Positions 37,501 through 50,979 of a DNA stretch of 64,000 nt are shown here, in pieces. Below the pieces are notes generated by a model. The model had not been told where the DNA came from. It saw nothing but the letters and a program-made list of their open reading frames with translations, and ran no database searches. Made by a program: the position numbers and the translations under genes. This stretch comes from Raillietiella orientalis (lineage: Eukaryota): positions 2,170,001 through 2,234,000 of the forward strand of contig JAYWIR010000030.1 of NCBI GenBank assembly GCA_036172245.1. The letters run 5' to 3'. Positions within the stretch are counted from its first letter, which is position 1. Each line of letters starts with the position of its first letter.

Positions 37501-39868
37501 CCTCTGATTGTCCAGATCACTTAGCTTGTATCCGAGAAAACTGCGTTGACCCTTGTCTGAGTGATTTATGTCATGGCAAAGAATGTAAGGTGCTTGATCA
37601 CAATGCTACATGCTATTGCCCTCATGGGATGAGACTCTCCACAACTGGAGAATGTGAAAGTAATATTTCCTAAGTAATAGTTATACTCTAATTATGCATT
37701 CCTTCATCTAGGAGTTCTTGGCTGTAAAACAGATGATCAATGTCTTGCATCACTTTCTTGTATAAATGGTAAATGCGTGAACGCATGTCAGGAATTGAAT
37801 CCCTGTGCAATGGAAGCCTACTGCATTGTGGCAGATACTTTTCCTGTTCGGACCTTAACATGTGTTTGTCCACCTGGATTGCATGGAAAAGCAGACGTGA
37901 AATGCTTAAAACGTAATTTTGCACGAATCTACTAGATTTTACGTTTTTTATCGTTTTAGCTTCCACATGCCCCACAGAATTAGGATTCGTTTTGAACGAT
38001 AATGGAGAATGTGTATGTCCTACAGAAAGAGGACTAGCCGTGGACCATAGGGGATATTGTGTAACTTGCCCTGTATTACAAGGATATGTCATCGATGAGA
38101 AAGGTCGATGTGTTTGTGCTGTGGAAAAAGGAATGCAGCTCACTTCTACAGGTGAATGCATTTGCCCAGCGCCTTTGTATGAGTTTCACGATGGAATCTG
38201 CCTTGCTGGTAAGGATTAATAGCGTTTGTGAGAAGTTAAACGAATGTTTATTCTCAGTTCCACCACCAAGTGTGGAACCAGAGTGTTTGGATAATTCCGA
38301 CTGTCCAGACAGCAAAGCTTGTTTGAATCAATCATGTGTCAATCCATGTAGCATTCATCATTGTGGTACTAATGCAGTATGTGAAGTGATAAATCATGAA
38401 CCAGTGTGTAATTGCATATTTGGATACACTGGTGATCCCCATGCAATTTGCAGTTAGTATCCTATAGCTAATAACTTCTCATGGGTCTTATCTGTTTTGT
38501 AGATCCAGCTGATCCAGCCACTGAATTTCCTCCATCACGGACAGACTTTGTTAAACCAGACATGGTCGTTAATTGCTTATCTGATGGCGTTTTAGTGAAT
38601 TTTAAAATGTCAGATGGCGGATTCAATGGTATACTTTATGTAAAGGGCTATAGTAAAGAAGCTGATTGTCGAAAAGTATTAAAGCCCGGTATAGATATAG
38701 ATATTGATTTTAAGGTGTTGTTTGATACTTGTGGTTTAGTCCATCAAAATGTAAGCAGATGCTTAGCATACACTGACTTGTTATTATTTGGAATTAATCT
38801 TAGGGAGAAGCTACATTTACTTTGGTAGTACAGAAACATCCTAAATTAATTACACATAAAGCACAGGCGTTTCGTGTACGTTGCCTCTATGGCACAGGAG
38901 ACAAGACAGTTATTCTTGGATTTAATGTCAGTATGGTGACCACTGCAGGAACCATAGCAAATACAGGACCACCTCCTGTTTGTACCATGAAAATCGTTGG
39001 TCCTAATGGTGGCGAAATTTCTTCTGCCGAGATTGGCGATGAACTTTCTTTAAAAGTAGAAGTTCAACCTTCCAGTATGTAGACATACTCAAATGTAAGA
39101 GCAAAATAGTAATTCTTCTAAACAGCCGTATACCACGGTTTTGTCCGCAAATGTGTGGCTAAAACCATAGACGAGCATGGTGAAAATGAATACCAGGTGA
39201 CAGATGAAAATGGATGCTCTACTAATCCTTCTATATTCAGCGAGTGGAATTACGATCCTTCCACGGAATCATTGTTGGCATCATTTAATGCCTTCAAATT
39301 TCCTAGTAGCAATAGTATACGGTTTCAGTGCAATATACGCGTTTGTTTTGGACAGTGCCAACCAGTATGTGACAGTTTTCCATATTATCATAATGCTGTT
39401 TTTATAGGTAAATTGCGCTAATGTAAATGCTTACGGCAGAAGACGACGTGAAATCGAAGGTTTGCAATCACCTTACGAATCAATATATACAGGAGCTTTC
39501 CAAGAAGAGATTTTAGTTGAGTCAAACGCAATTCTCACGCTGGAAAGAAGAGAAAGTCGTTTTGTTGACCCAACAGAAGGTACAATGAACCATTAATCGT
39601 TTTATTTAACATTTATATGTGTGCAATTGCAGCTCCTGAGATAATAGCAGAGGAAGTATGTGTATCTTTCTATGGATTCATTGTAGCATTGATTATTACT
39701 GCATTGTTGGCATTGGTTGCTGTTGCTGTTGCTGTTTCTTGTTGGTTAATGGCTTACCGCCAACATCCAAAATATGCTGGTCCACTTCCTCATCCTGCTG
39801 AGTTTCCAAATCCTTTATATACAACTCCAGAACCAGTTGCAGAACCTATCCCTGATTACCTTAGCTAA
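124..39868 (+). CDS. dpy: Dumpy-like giant EGF/DPY-repeat, ZP-domain transmembrane apical ECM protein; multi-exon, 5' part lies outside the window
   Basis: Dozens of GT-AG bounded exons encode tandem EGF and DPY modules (PC.PSPCG.NA.C...C.C...Y.G.P...CRPEC..NSDC...ACIN.KC.DPC...CG.NA.C.V.NH.P.C.C..G.TGDP), followed by a ZP domain, GRRRRE, a hydrophobic helix and the tail PLPHPAEFPNPLY..PEP..EPIPDYLS*. This architecture matches arthropod Dumpy. Confidence 0.93.
14734..24230 (+). repeat. GC-rich, homogenised ~1.6 kb tandem array of a Dumpy exonA-intron-exonB-intron unit (at least 6 copies)
   Basis: Exon A starts at 14664 (chimeric), 16258, 17874, ~19473, 21067 and 22666, giving a period of 1594-1616 bp. 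Splice signals are conserved in most copies (gaat|gtaggttc...tttgcag|cgg; gaacccg|gtaagaag...ttcttag|tgcc). Introns are as similar between copies as exons. A sampled line (15001-15060) is 39/60 GC. Confidence 0.95.
24076..24171. other. Assembly gap (96 N) inside the tandem array
   Basis: Run of N. Sequence after the gap resumes at an intron position upstream of where the pre-gap sequence stopped, so the true copy number is unresolved. Confidence 0.97.
38503..39449 (+). CDS. dpy: Zona pellucida (ZP) domain exons of Dumpy with tetrabasic furin site
   Basis: Exons 38503-38750, 38804-39074, 39126-39364 and 39408-39579 encode VNCLSDGV...GFNGILYVKG, QKHPKLITHKAQAFRVRCLY, VTDENGCST...FNAFKFPSSNSIRFQCNIRVCFGQCQPVNC. 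RRRR lies at 39438-39449. Confidence 0.93.
39633..39868 (+). CDS. dpy: Dumpy last exon: transmembrane helix and short cytoplasmic tail
   Basis: After the acceptor ttgcag (ends 39632): FIVALIITALLALVAVAVAVSCWLMAY, then RQHPKYAGPLPHPAEFPNPLYTTPEPVAEPIPDYLS and TAA. Confidence 0.92.
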
Positions 39869-40255
39869 AAGTCTTCCTCTCAGTTTTTCAGTTGTGATCA
39901 TAGACAATCTAGGTATGACTGATGAACACAAGTGAACGTTGGTCAGAAGAGTTGCACTACAACTTGCAACACACTACGTCTGTGTTGCTCAGATTGCATC
40001 CTAGTATGATGTTGTGCACTTACTCTGTGATTTTTCTTTTTGTTTCTGTCAATTTCAATTTGCACATTTTTCAAAGACAGTTGACATCAAACTCCTTTTT
40101 GTAGCCTTGTGGATGCTCACTACCCTAGTCAATGTCTCATTTTATCTAATCAAGGGTGATTGGCTTCCACAAAATATTTGAAAGATGTGCATTAACATGT
40201 GCCAATTCACTGTTATCATTATGAATTTTCCTATTACACTTTTGTGCCTTTTGAT

Positions 40256-40261
40256 AATAAA
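40256..40261 (+). terminator. Candidate polyadenylation signal for dumpy
   Basis: AATAAA about 390 nt after the stop codon, followed by T/GT-rich sequence. Motif only. Confidence 0.4.
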
Positions 40262-43200
40262 AAAATTATTTTATGAATTTTTGGGGGTTTTTGTCAAGGA
40301 AATTTGTCAAGAAAAACCAGATCATAATATAAAAGTTTATAGAAGTTTATTGACAACTTTACGATTAAGACTTATTAACTTCACTAGAGCTACATTCGCC
40401 CATAGAACTGCTAGCCTCATCAAACTGACTTTGCTCCTCTCGTAAATCTGAGTGCATCACTGTGATCATCATATCTTCCTCCCTTCACGTGTAGTAATTC
40501 TCTGCCACCTGTTCCCTTATTTCGTAGATCCCATTCTTCCATTCCTTTGAAACCTTGATCAATATCCATATTAATCGCTAGCTTCCTTTTACTTTTTACA
40601 CAAGCTGGTGGTCTATATGTTGTGCAGCCTGTGCTTGTTATTGGCTTTCCATACATGGCATGAAAGTAGACGGACACCACTTTTCTGGTGGCCAATTTGA
40701 CTGGGCAAGCGCTTCTAGTGTGATGACCATTGCTTGTGAAAAGTAGGCTAAAATAGCAGTAGCTAAGGAAATGATTGCTGATAAAATGGATATCAATACT
40801 ATTTAAATTTACTGGACTGCATGTTAGTGAAATCGAGAAACTTTATTCAGAGATCACTAATGACATGAAAAACTTTGGAGTTTTGTAAATAATCTTTTCA
40901 TATTTCCATCCAACTCATAAGTCTACCCAATAAATTGAACACTCAGCTTCTAATTTAATAGAAGAAGAAAAAAAAAAACTCTACGTTGTGTGATTACTTT
41001 AATTCCACTATTTGTTCAGAGCATTCACATGTAATTAAGTGGGGTTGCAAAAATAATGTATTCGATGATTTTGAAAGAATAAAAGATTACTTCCTTGAAA
41101 TCCCAAAGAGTAAGCAGGCCGTTGGTGGCATAAACACAGTGATTCTAGCCTCTTATTAGAAGAGTATTGAGGTCAATTGTAACAATTTCCAAAACTATAG
41201 TGCAACATCTGTCTTGCTATTGTATCTACTGATTGCATTTAAAGACTACAACCACCATTTCGTGCTTTCAGGAAAATATTTTATACGTTGCACGTCTTTC
41301 TTTCTTTTTTTTGATCATATGTCCAAAGAGCAGAAACGGTTTTCAATAAAATGTGGACATTTAAACAAGTTCATCACATGAAGTATAAAGAAACACTCTT
41401 CTATCTAAACTATTTTCACTCCTGTACGTGAAACTCATGAATCGTAATGACATAGTTTTGATCTGTATAACTGATTTCAATATTAGGTATTCAAGATCCC
41501 ATACTAGGACACACACACACTGTGCATTTTGTCCATAGGAAGAAATATGAAAACTATCATAGCATCCAATTTTTAAACATTTGCTATTTATCCTTTTTAG
41601 AACAACCATATCATAAGCACTTGTTCCATCAAGTGTAAATATACTCTATTTACATTACGGGCATATGAAAATCGTGTTCGGTTATTGTTTGAATGCTGCC
41701 TTATTTATAATGAACTTCTTGTAATGTTTACTTGTTTTGGTTAAACAATTTTCTTTTTTATTAGAGATTCCAATCCTTTAATTAAATATATGTTTCTGGC
41801 AATGATTGCATGCTTTTATCAATTCTGTCAATACTTTGTCACTTTTGTTGTACCTTATTTTACTAATACAATGCCATTTAAGTCAATAATAATCCTGCTG
41901 ACACCATTTGCAGACAACATCATAAATCATGTTTACCTGCAGAATGATAATTTCTTCCTTGAAATATTTAATCCTGCTGCTTTTCGATTCTTGTTCATGT
42001 TGAACAGTGATTAATCATGATAAATGCATTTAAAGTGCTTTTTTTCTTGGGTGTCAAGGCAATACAGTATGTTCTTTCAATGAATTTAACCTCTAGCTTT
42101 CCCATATTTTTTAAAGGTCTTAGCATTTTTCTCTATTCAGCACTAGTTCTTATTTGATAAATAATCTATATTTCCATCCCTTTATTTAAACTAATGAGCA
42201 TCTTCAAATTATAAAAACATTTGCTTTGATTATTGCGCCATTTGAGCACTTTTACCATTTCTTTTAAATGGTTTGCAATTTGAGCTATATGTTACAAAAA
42301 TATGAGGAAATCTCATTCTGTTTTTTCACATTGGAGAAGTTGAAATGTTATAATTCCTGAATTCTCATAACTCCTGTTTCTCAGACACTTTTATTGAGCA
42401 TCAAGTTTCAAGGGAAAGCTCTTTGCTTCTAGCTTTCTAGACTCTGGCTACTTTTCTTTTAGAATTCTTTTTTTTCTAATCAATCCAACTTCTACTCCAA
42501 ATTTGCAGTTTTATGATTCTCTTCAATTGATCTGCATCAATTTTATTGTTCTCTTTACTTGGTTTGAGGGAGACATAAGATGATACATAAGGCTGGATTC
42601 TTAATTTTTGGTTTCCAAATACTCCTGTAATCAGAAACAATTGTACTTTCCTGACATTACCATCTTGGTCATCCACATAAATCATCCCAGTTCCTTCAGA
42701 AAAGAGCATTTCTATGCAGATGGCAGAAATTTAATTCGCCAAAGTAAGACATTTTTTTTCATTCCACCTGAAGAACAGGAGGAATGAAAAAAAATGAACT
42801 CTACCTTCACTCACCAGAAGAACAGGAGTTGGCTGGTATGTTCATCATCCTTACTTTGCCATCCACATTTGTCATTAAATCTTTCTTTATTTCTATTTTG
42901 ACATTCAATGTTATGCAGGACGCTATGTTCAAATCTTCCAACCCTTTAGCACTATAATAATGTGTTTCCCCAAACTTTGAGTGATGCCCTTAGCAACTTT
43001 TAACCTAATAATCTGCATGTGATCTATGTCTTCCTTATTATGAAAGGATTTTCATTTTCTCATTTGTGGAAAGTTATCCCTTTAATCATTTTATTCATGA
43101 ATTCTTATTCTTATAGAAATTGTTTTTAATGATAATGCTAACTATGATGATTTTGAAGTCATAATGACAAGGAAATTCTGTTCCTTGTTCCTGTTCTTGA

Positions 43201-46200
43201 ACATATGATGACCAACATACATAACTGAAATTCCAATTACATTAATGTTTAGAATAAGCATTCTACATAATAAACATTAAGTGTAATTAGAACTACAATT
43301 ATTGTTAGTTATAAGACTACACCATTCTGCTGATCTCACTAGTTGCTTTTCAAGCAATCGAGCATTGCTTAGTGCCTGCATTCACTGAGCAGTGTTTTTT
43401 CTTCATGTTCCCAATAGCCTATGCTCTAATTATTAACTTGAATAAGGTGCTGGTGTTTGCTATCCATTTCTTTTGCAAGTTCTTTATAAAGGTTTAATCT
43501 GGCAAATGTACATGGCACACAAATATGCATATATCTTATACATGGTCCTATATATTATTTGTTGCATTTATCATGCTGCAAAAAGAATTTCAGCATTAAC
43601 AGACATTTAGCACAGTTGTCTGCTTTTTGCATCACTTACTTTACAAGGCATTTAAATGGGATCAAAAACTTTTTGGAGAACAGCAAGGAAAGCATGCTCT
43701 TTCCGAATATAACACAAAACACTGAGAACCACGAGCTTTTCAAGTTTTAATCCCTTGATTGCACTCAGTCCACTATTTTTTTCATTAAGCCAAACTCAAT
43801 TGAGGAATCCAATGCATTTATGATTTTTTGCCAGTGATGCATAGGAATATCATTCAAAATACAATTTTGGTATTTAACATCTGGCTTCCGTTTTTAAATC
43901 TGTTGCTATTATTATTTGTGACTAATTAATACCTACCTTCCTTAAATGGCAAAAAAATCACCTATTTGATCCAAATCATTCTGAGCAAATTTGTAAACAA
44001 AATTCAAAACACTGATATTTAGGTTCCATAGTTCATGCTTAGAACTCCTCCATGGTAGATCTTACCTGAGATCAATCATGGGCATTCTGATGGATTATTC
44101 AAATTTATGTAGTTTTATTTACTTGCTCCAAAGCTTACTTAGATTCTGTGTTTGGTCAACAGTATCTTCTTACAGCTTTAATAAAATTGCTGCAAGTAGC
44201 ATGCATTCAAACAAGAACCAAAGGCATCAATTAATGCTTGTTCAAATACATTGTTACAGTGCTAAAAGGTTTGTCAAACGAGCCTGAAGGTGCTTCATAT
44301 GCAAACAGATAAGTATTTATGGATAGTGATATTTTAGAAAAAACTGGGCGAATACTATTAACAAAAGATGGGGATCTCACCTTTCGAATTTTTCTGCTAG
44401 TACAAAAAACCCCAACCTGACTAGAAATTTCTCCAACTGGTGATTTATTCATTAGCAAGACTGGCTTCCAAATAGAATTAATCGGCATTTTGTTTTCAAA
44501 AATGTGCTCATTATAACGTACTTTTTTGTATTTTCAACTCGAATAAATGGAAATTCGAATATTTTTTGGAAATGGAACAGATGCCTACTTGTTTATTGTA
44601 GAGTTCGAACTTCTCTAAACTGTTTGTACTTAGATCCGGGACTGCAATGCTTGCAGCGGCACTTTTTTGATTTAGCATGAATCACAGCTCGGCAAATCAA
44701 CTGTTTCCGTTTGGAATTGGAAATGAGCATTCCATATCATTTAAGGATTGACAAGTTTTTTAAATTCCTTAGCCATCACTTCACGTAGTGGCTCAGGAGT
44801 TTGCAACACATTAAGGCTAAGACTGGACTGATTTCATCCCCTAGCGATGGTCCACATCCGTCTCGTGACTGCTTTGGATGATGGTGTAGTGTTTCAGATC
44901 TGCCTAGCTTTCAAGATAGGAAAGCACCCCGAGACAACGACTACGGCCCACGTTTTTATCTCGACGCCCTACATTTATGCCCTGAACGACTCACCCATCA
45001 CGCACAACCGAAACACAGCGGACCCAGTCGGGCAGTAACGAATCCACGAACCATGCACAAGGGTAAATGAAGTGACATCCGTGGACATGTTATTAGCAAA
45101 TAATTCTATTACAAGAGCACGTCGAAGGCACATATAAAGAGCATTGGGTGATTATGCTGAAAGCACCGAAATTGAGGAAAGTCTGACACTTCATGTTCCA
45201 TTGCAACAACTACGCTTGCCAGTAATAAAATCATGAAAATAAGAAACCCTTAACGCTGTAGGGGATAAAGTTTTTGGCGACTAACTGACTTTTCAAAAAA
45301 GTGCACAAACTCCTATGACAACTGAAGGTAAGGGAAGTAGGGTCACACTACAGAGTGGAAGAGGTTTGGTGCCAGTCTTGGGATAAGTTTTGTCGGCCGA
45401 AGAGACGTGTAGGATAATTCTAATGCTGGGAATGGAAAGATTCAAGGTTCCAATGAAATTATGAAATATACAGCCCACTACCCTGTGTAAGCAGAACTCT
45501 CGTGAAAGTCATGAAAGGTTTGTCAACGAGAGTGCATATTTTTAGTGGAGAAAAAACAACAACAACTAGGGATTTGATCGAGAAATTGCATAATTTGTAG
45601 GATTTCTGAAGAAAATCTGAACTTCAAGCTCTTAGTAGCACTATTTGAGAGACCAGGTGCAATATTTTTGACAGACATTCATAGGAATGCATTTTTTTGA
45701 ATCTTTGTATTGGAGGATTAAACAAGAAGGTTGCAACGATGGTATCTTTTTTATGCCGAATTTGTCTCTCCATACCATCGCACTTTTGAATGAGCAACCT
45801 CCCACAGAAAATCTCGCTTTTGCAAGTGTCTTGAATTTGAACACGGACTCAGATGACTTTATTTACTTTTGACAGTTTTCTGAAAACATAGAAGTGGTTC
45901 ATATTTTTTCAACTTCCTATTGCAAACTATAGATGGTGGGGAGAAACCAAATTCAGAGGTTGCTATCTATGCCAAACCTTTCCTTAGCTCTTTATAAAGA
46001 GATGGCAGTTGGATGTAACGTAGAATCTGAATAGGACTGTAATAAGTGCTCAAAGTATTCTGTTTGGGGAGATGACATTACGGAGATACAAACGAGATGC
46101 TACACAGCATCATCATCTGTTTCTATGATTGCTATTCAAAGTTCCACAATTACTGCACAGTAGGGATTCTTTAACTTGAAAAAAAAAAAAACTTGCTAGC

Positions 46201-49200
46201 TAACATGATTAGAGGGTCATCGGCGTCTCTCGGATAAGAAACATAAAATGATGACGCAATGAACATAGAACGGAAACGCGAGGGAGAAGGGAATCTACTG
46301 GCTGGTCCGCAGTTATCTTCGAATCTACTATCGTCTTCATCTAAGATTTTCATTCTGAATTAACGAGAAAATGCTCTTAAAATAGCAATTTTCGATTGCC
46401 GAAAAAATTCCATTTCCGCAGATCTCCAGCGAGGGCATCCCAGATACACAATGCAGCCATCGGGCACTCACAGCTCATTGCCCGAGGTTACGACTCCTCA
46501 AATTAGTCATTACGAAGAGTGTATCCAGAAAAACAAAACTCTGGTTAAGCTTTTGAAACTGCTTGAAGAAATCGATTGGGGGAAATGAGTTATTTTGTTG
46601 AAAACTTAGCTGTTGATATGTCGTTTGAAATATTTTTCCAATACATTACTTTTGCCATCTACTTTATGTTTAAATGGAAATTATATATAAATGTTCTCTA
46701 CAAGTTTTTCCTTTTTCTAATTATGCTGTGCAAGTCTTCTGGACCATCTAGACTTTTTGATTATCGGAGCAGATCTCCATCCCAGTCAAGTTACATTATC
46801 CTTAAAGAAAGTGTTTCTCTTAGTGCTGCAGTTCTTTGAAACACATCTATTGATTAGCACTAATTATAAGAATTCGGTACCATATGCTTGCATCTCCTCA
46901 CGTACTTTGAGACGTTTCCTTGTGATTCGTTAGTCTCTTTCCCATGCACTGTGGTTCCTACTTTTGTCAAAGGAGTAAGTTCTTAACTTTGAAGTAGAAA
47001 TAAAGTGCAATTAGACACTAGTTTTCTTAGATCCTTGCTGCTTTTGGTATAGATTTTCGGCAAACATTGATCCTCCTTTCTTTTAATAGTAGGTATTTTG
47101 AAATTGTGAGAAATGTTCTAGAACTTTCTCAAAATCATGAGAAACGTAAATAAAGATTGCACAAAACCTACGGATTTTAAGACAAATCAAAAGATTGTAA
47201 TAGAGTTTTTTGATGGGAAATGAATTATATTGTTTGTGTTCTAATCGTATCTTCGATTAAAAAAAAATTATTAGGGCTTTTGTCAACAGTGTTCTAATGC
47301 TACATAAACCACCGTTGTAATGTTAAAAGGAGAAATTCACCCAGAATGCAAAATTCAAATTCATTTAGGTTTTTTAACCAGAGGCGAATGGATGCTTGGA
47401 AATGTGTTTCGAGATTCACAAGATGAGACCATTGGAGAAGTAGTGGAATTAAATGTTTTAAAGAGTAAAATATTAAATTTGATGTAGTAATATCAACCAG
47501 ATGAATAAACATGAAACATGATTTGGGAGCGTGAGGTCAGGAGAGACGGACTCAATCATAAAGTTCCAACTGCCACATGACATCAACAGTTATGAGAGCA
47601 CGTAAAATGAGAAAACGATACACGTCAACATGAAAAGGTTGCAATTCTGTCTTAAAGCAGAAGTAGCGACAAAGTGAAGATTTGTAAACCATTAAAGACA
47701 GAGAAATGTCCAAAGTCCAGCTATTTGTGCAAAAGCAACATAATCAGGCATGTCATTGATTACTTCATGTTGCATAGACGGCAGGAGAATGGTTCTTGGT
47801 AGAAACCTGTACATGGCTAGATTGATAAAAAAGAAAAAAAGCCATTCATTCATTGACATCTGTCCAGTGCAGAGAGCAGAGACAAGCTTTCAGAGTTTAA
47901 AATCTTTCTCCATCAGATTTATGATTTCGCCTACACTTCTTGGAACAGTGGGCTGTAATGTTTACAATATGGATATCGTGAGAAATCCTCTGATGATCGA
48001 TAGCTCTTCTCATCTCAAGAACACATGAGCGACATCGGAACACACCGATTTCTGTGAATTGGTAGCGAAAGGGTGTGGTCACAAACCAGGTTTAAGTGGG
48101 TGCGCTTTGTTGTAAAAACTGTAAGTTTGCGAAACGGTGGAATTTTGTCGCCTTATTTTGATGTTCACCAAGGTTATTTCAAGGGCATCAGTGACATGTT
48201 GATGAAGATTCAGTGGTCATAGGTATGTCCTATTGATGGTCGTCCAGTACGATAAGGAATATTATAAATAGTAGAATTTGTAACATTACGAATTTGGAAA
48301 AATCAGATGAGATGGCATCATTGATGGAAAATTTTGAACACCTAACCGTGGTGCCTAGAATTTTCAGCTACTGAAACACTGTTTTCTTCAGAGATCTCTG
48401 CTAGACTTTATGAATAAAAATAAAAGAAAATTAGCAATTAGATGCTGTAAAGAACAGCTTCATTGGTATTAAAAAAAAATTCCGAATGAACAAACCTTTA
48501 GCATCAAATTTTATCCAAGAAATATGCATAAGCTGTACTCTTGGACTGTCCTGTTTGTCTTGAATTTAAGGACGTAAAACAATCTTTGTTTCCACTCACC
48601 TATGCACTGTGTGGTACATCGAAGTGAATGAATTGCCAGCTTCAGTACGTACAGGTCGAATTTGGAAATTTGAAGCCGAAAAATTTCGTTTCCAAACCGT
48701 TCCAAAGCCATTTTATGCAGAAATACTGTTAGTCTGAATACTGACCGAAAAATTTTCTCCCTGGTTGCACGATAAGATCCGAATTTTCTGGATTCTAAAC
48801 GGATTCTGCAAAGAAAAGAAAAAAGCTCTAAAAATCTGTTTTTTCTTTTTACAGTGCAAATGTAGTGCACAGCCTGCAGGAATTTTTGCGTCTACAGCTC
48901 TCGTCTCGTTGCATAGTGGAGCTCATGGCTCTTTTTGTGAATCAGTCTTTTCTCGGTGGGATTGGCTGGGCGACTGATGGTATGGATGGTGTACAGTGCC
49001 ATCGGCTCCCCCCTCAGCTCACTGAAAAGACAGGCCATGTCAATCACTGCCACTTTTAGATGACTGATTCGTCACTGTTTCCTTTTCCGATAATTTCACT
49101 CGTTCTCTGTTGAGTTAGCGGAACCAGAGCGAAGGGATGAAGGTCGAATTAACGATGGGAAGCAAAGTGAAGCGCCTTGCTCCTGACTCGGAATTCGGGT

Positions 49201-50367
49201 CTCCGTTTACTTCACACAAACAGTCTTTGCTGTGCTTGCAAATCACATGCCAGACAGATGGATGCCAGTACGAGAGGCAGTTTGTCTTCCTGGACGATGG
49301 TCAGCTAACCTAAGCAAGTCCTCCGTGGTCAAAAAGTAGCTGGAAGAACGATGCAATCCTACTTAATGCATGGCTTTCCCTTGTTCCTGGTGCTTTTCAC
49401 GAGGGATTGCCACTCACTCTCTCTGTGTGTAGCTCTTATCCAGGAGAAACGAATTTCATTTCCTCGCTGGGAATTGTTCCATGAGGGAATCCCAAGATCT
49501 TATGAATCAGTGCGAGCCGAATCGACACGTAATCTAAGAGAGAACTCTTTCCATAGTTCGGCAATCATTTCAGTACACTAGCTTGGATGGATAATTGAAC
49601 CAGGAGCTAAAGACAACTTTCGACGCCATATTGTGACTTTTGTCGGGGAAAGAAGACCAGCCACGAACACCTGAGACTTTGTTTTCTTTTTGCTATGGGT
49701 CATTGCACGAATGTAAAGGTATCCTTCTCTTTCAGATGACATCTTTGAACTTTCCTGCTGTGCTTTTTTTGTCAGGCAATGAAGAAAAATTTTTCTCTTT
49801 ATTTTCCATGGAGTTGCAAAGATTTGCGGAGCTAGAGGAGGAGGAAAGGTAAGGATTTTGGTGAAGCACGAAGAAAACAAAATGAGAAAAAAAGAGTCAG
49901 CTGATACTGCGGGGAGAATTTCATATGGATTGCACGACGCGCTTCAGCTTCATACAAGAAGCACCGGAGGCAGAAGCGAGTTGATGTCGGCGTTGGTGTT
50001 GGCGTTTCGAACACAATTGGCGCTGAAACTGAAAGTGCCTTATAACGCAATCTCGATTCCAGAAAAGCTGGAAACCAAGACAGAAGACTGAGATGCAAAA
50101 GAGGGAGTTTCGCGGTGGGGTCACTGGCACGACGAAGTAGGAGGATGAAAATCTGGAGTCATCTTTTGAAATGCATTCCGAAGCCAATTCCGCACCTGAA
50201 TAAAGGGCATTTCGTGATGGTCGTCTACCAAAACTAAGTTCTGCTGTGGAAGCACTTTATTCGGGGAAATCAGCGGGATTCCATCTAGGAAACTGTGCAC
50301 CACGAATAAGAAAGAAAGCGATGGCTTCCTGCTTCGCTTTCCGTTTCAGTTTCTTCACTGTGGTTTG

Positions 50368-50979
50368 TTACAGCTCGGGAGATCTCTTCATGATGTTCCC
50401 TCTGAAGACGCTCACCGGTTTGGGAGCAGCCAAGGCAACAACACAGCAGCCGACACGTTTCCCAGAATTTCCCGTTTTCAGGCTTTCTGGTCGCCTATCC
50501 CCAGTGCCTCGACCCAGATCGTCTTCCATCTCGTGCACGACAATGGCCCTTCCTAGTATCGACAGCAGGTCAATCCCGTAATCCGTGAAGTTGAATCTTG
50601 AGACCCCGTATTCGTCGGCCTCGATGTTGCCCCAGTCTCCCAGGTGTCTTGCAGAGGTTCGTGGATCTCCGTGAGTGCTCTGAAGGAGATGGATCAGTGC
50701 CCGTGCGTTGCTGGAGCGCACTCTTACATTGAAAGGGTTAAAGTGGCTCCCTGCAGCATTGCAGCCGTCCGAGAGGTCCCCGAAGGTGTGGACGTGAAAT
50801 CCGTGCAGTCCTTTGGACAATCCGCTCAGCGATCCTCTGACCTCCAGTGTGTATTCAACCATGTGCTGCAAGAGTTCGATCCTCCCTCGGACGTCTGGAC
50901 CCGCCATGTCGCATAAACCGAAGACTGCGGGGGGCAGAGACGGAACGACAGGCGGCAGCAGCCGATGTGGTAGGTGGGT
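50368..50979 (-). CDS. Cu/Zn superoxide dismutase, probably extracellular/SOD3-like with N-terminal extension; true start and last exon uncertain
   Basis: GLHGFHVHTFGDLSDGCNAAGSHFNPF..HG.P....RHLGDWGNI...ILGRAIVVHEMEDDLGRG......KTGNSGKRVGCC: all Cu/Zn His/Asp ligands, both disulfide Cys and the catalytic Arg are present. A 48-nt GT-AG intron lies at 50727-50680. The ORF-track 'M' at 51024 is a GTG that looks like a splice donor. Confidence 0.9.
   Translation of the reverse strand, partial: THLPHRLLPPVVPSLPPAVFGLCDMAGPDVRGRIELLQHMVEYTLEVRGSLSGLSKGLHGFHVHTFGDLSDGCNAAGSHFNPFNVRVRSSNARALIHLLQSTHGDPRTSARHLGDWGNIEADEYGVSRFNFTDYGIDLLSILGRAIVVHEMEDDLGRGTGDRRPESLKTGNSGKRVGCCVVALAAPKPVSVFRGNIMKRSPEL

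Larger units (their letters stand above)
13618..37659 (+). repeat. Two-exon Dumpy super-repeat: short exon A (~190 bp), ~50 nt intron, long exon B (~570 bp); about 11-12 diverged AT-rich modules plus the GC-rich array
   Basis: Exon A reads GC..D..C...ACIN..C.DPC.CG.NA.C.V.NH.P.C.C..G.EG.P; exon B ends in P(V/L)(R/K)(T/S)M.C.CP.G...C.PG|gt. Modules start at ~13618, 14664, 24631, 27211, 28273, 29421, 31077, 32013, 32871, 34448, 35313, 36219 and 37066. Confidence 0.85.

Noticed and set aside
42476..42709. IYVDD motif resembling an LTR reverse-transcriptase active site
   Set aside because: No other RT motifs are recognisable around it. It could be chance or an unidentifiable relic.
45780..45990. 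Possible LINE APE-endonuclease relic (SVLNLNTDS, a VAIYAK-like stretch)
   Set aside because: Too degenerate to support without a profile search.
47750..48100. Possible pogo/DDE transposase remnant on the minus strand
   Set aside because: Only a vague resemblance; no catalytic motif or terminal inverted repeats were found.
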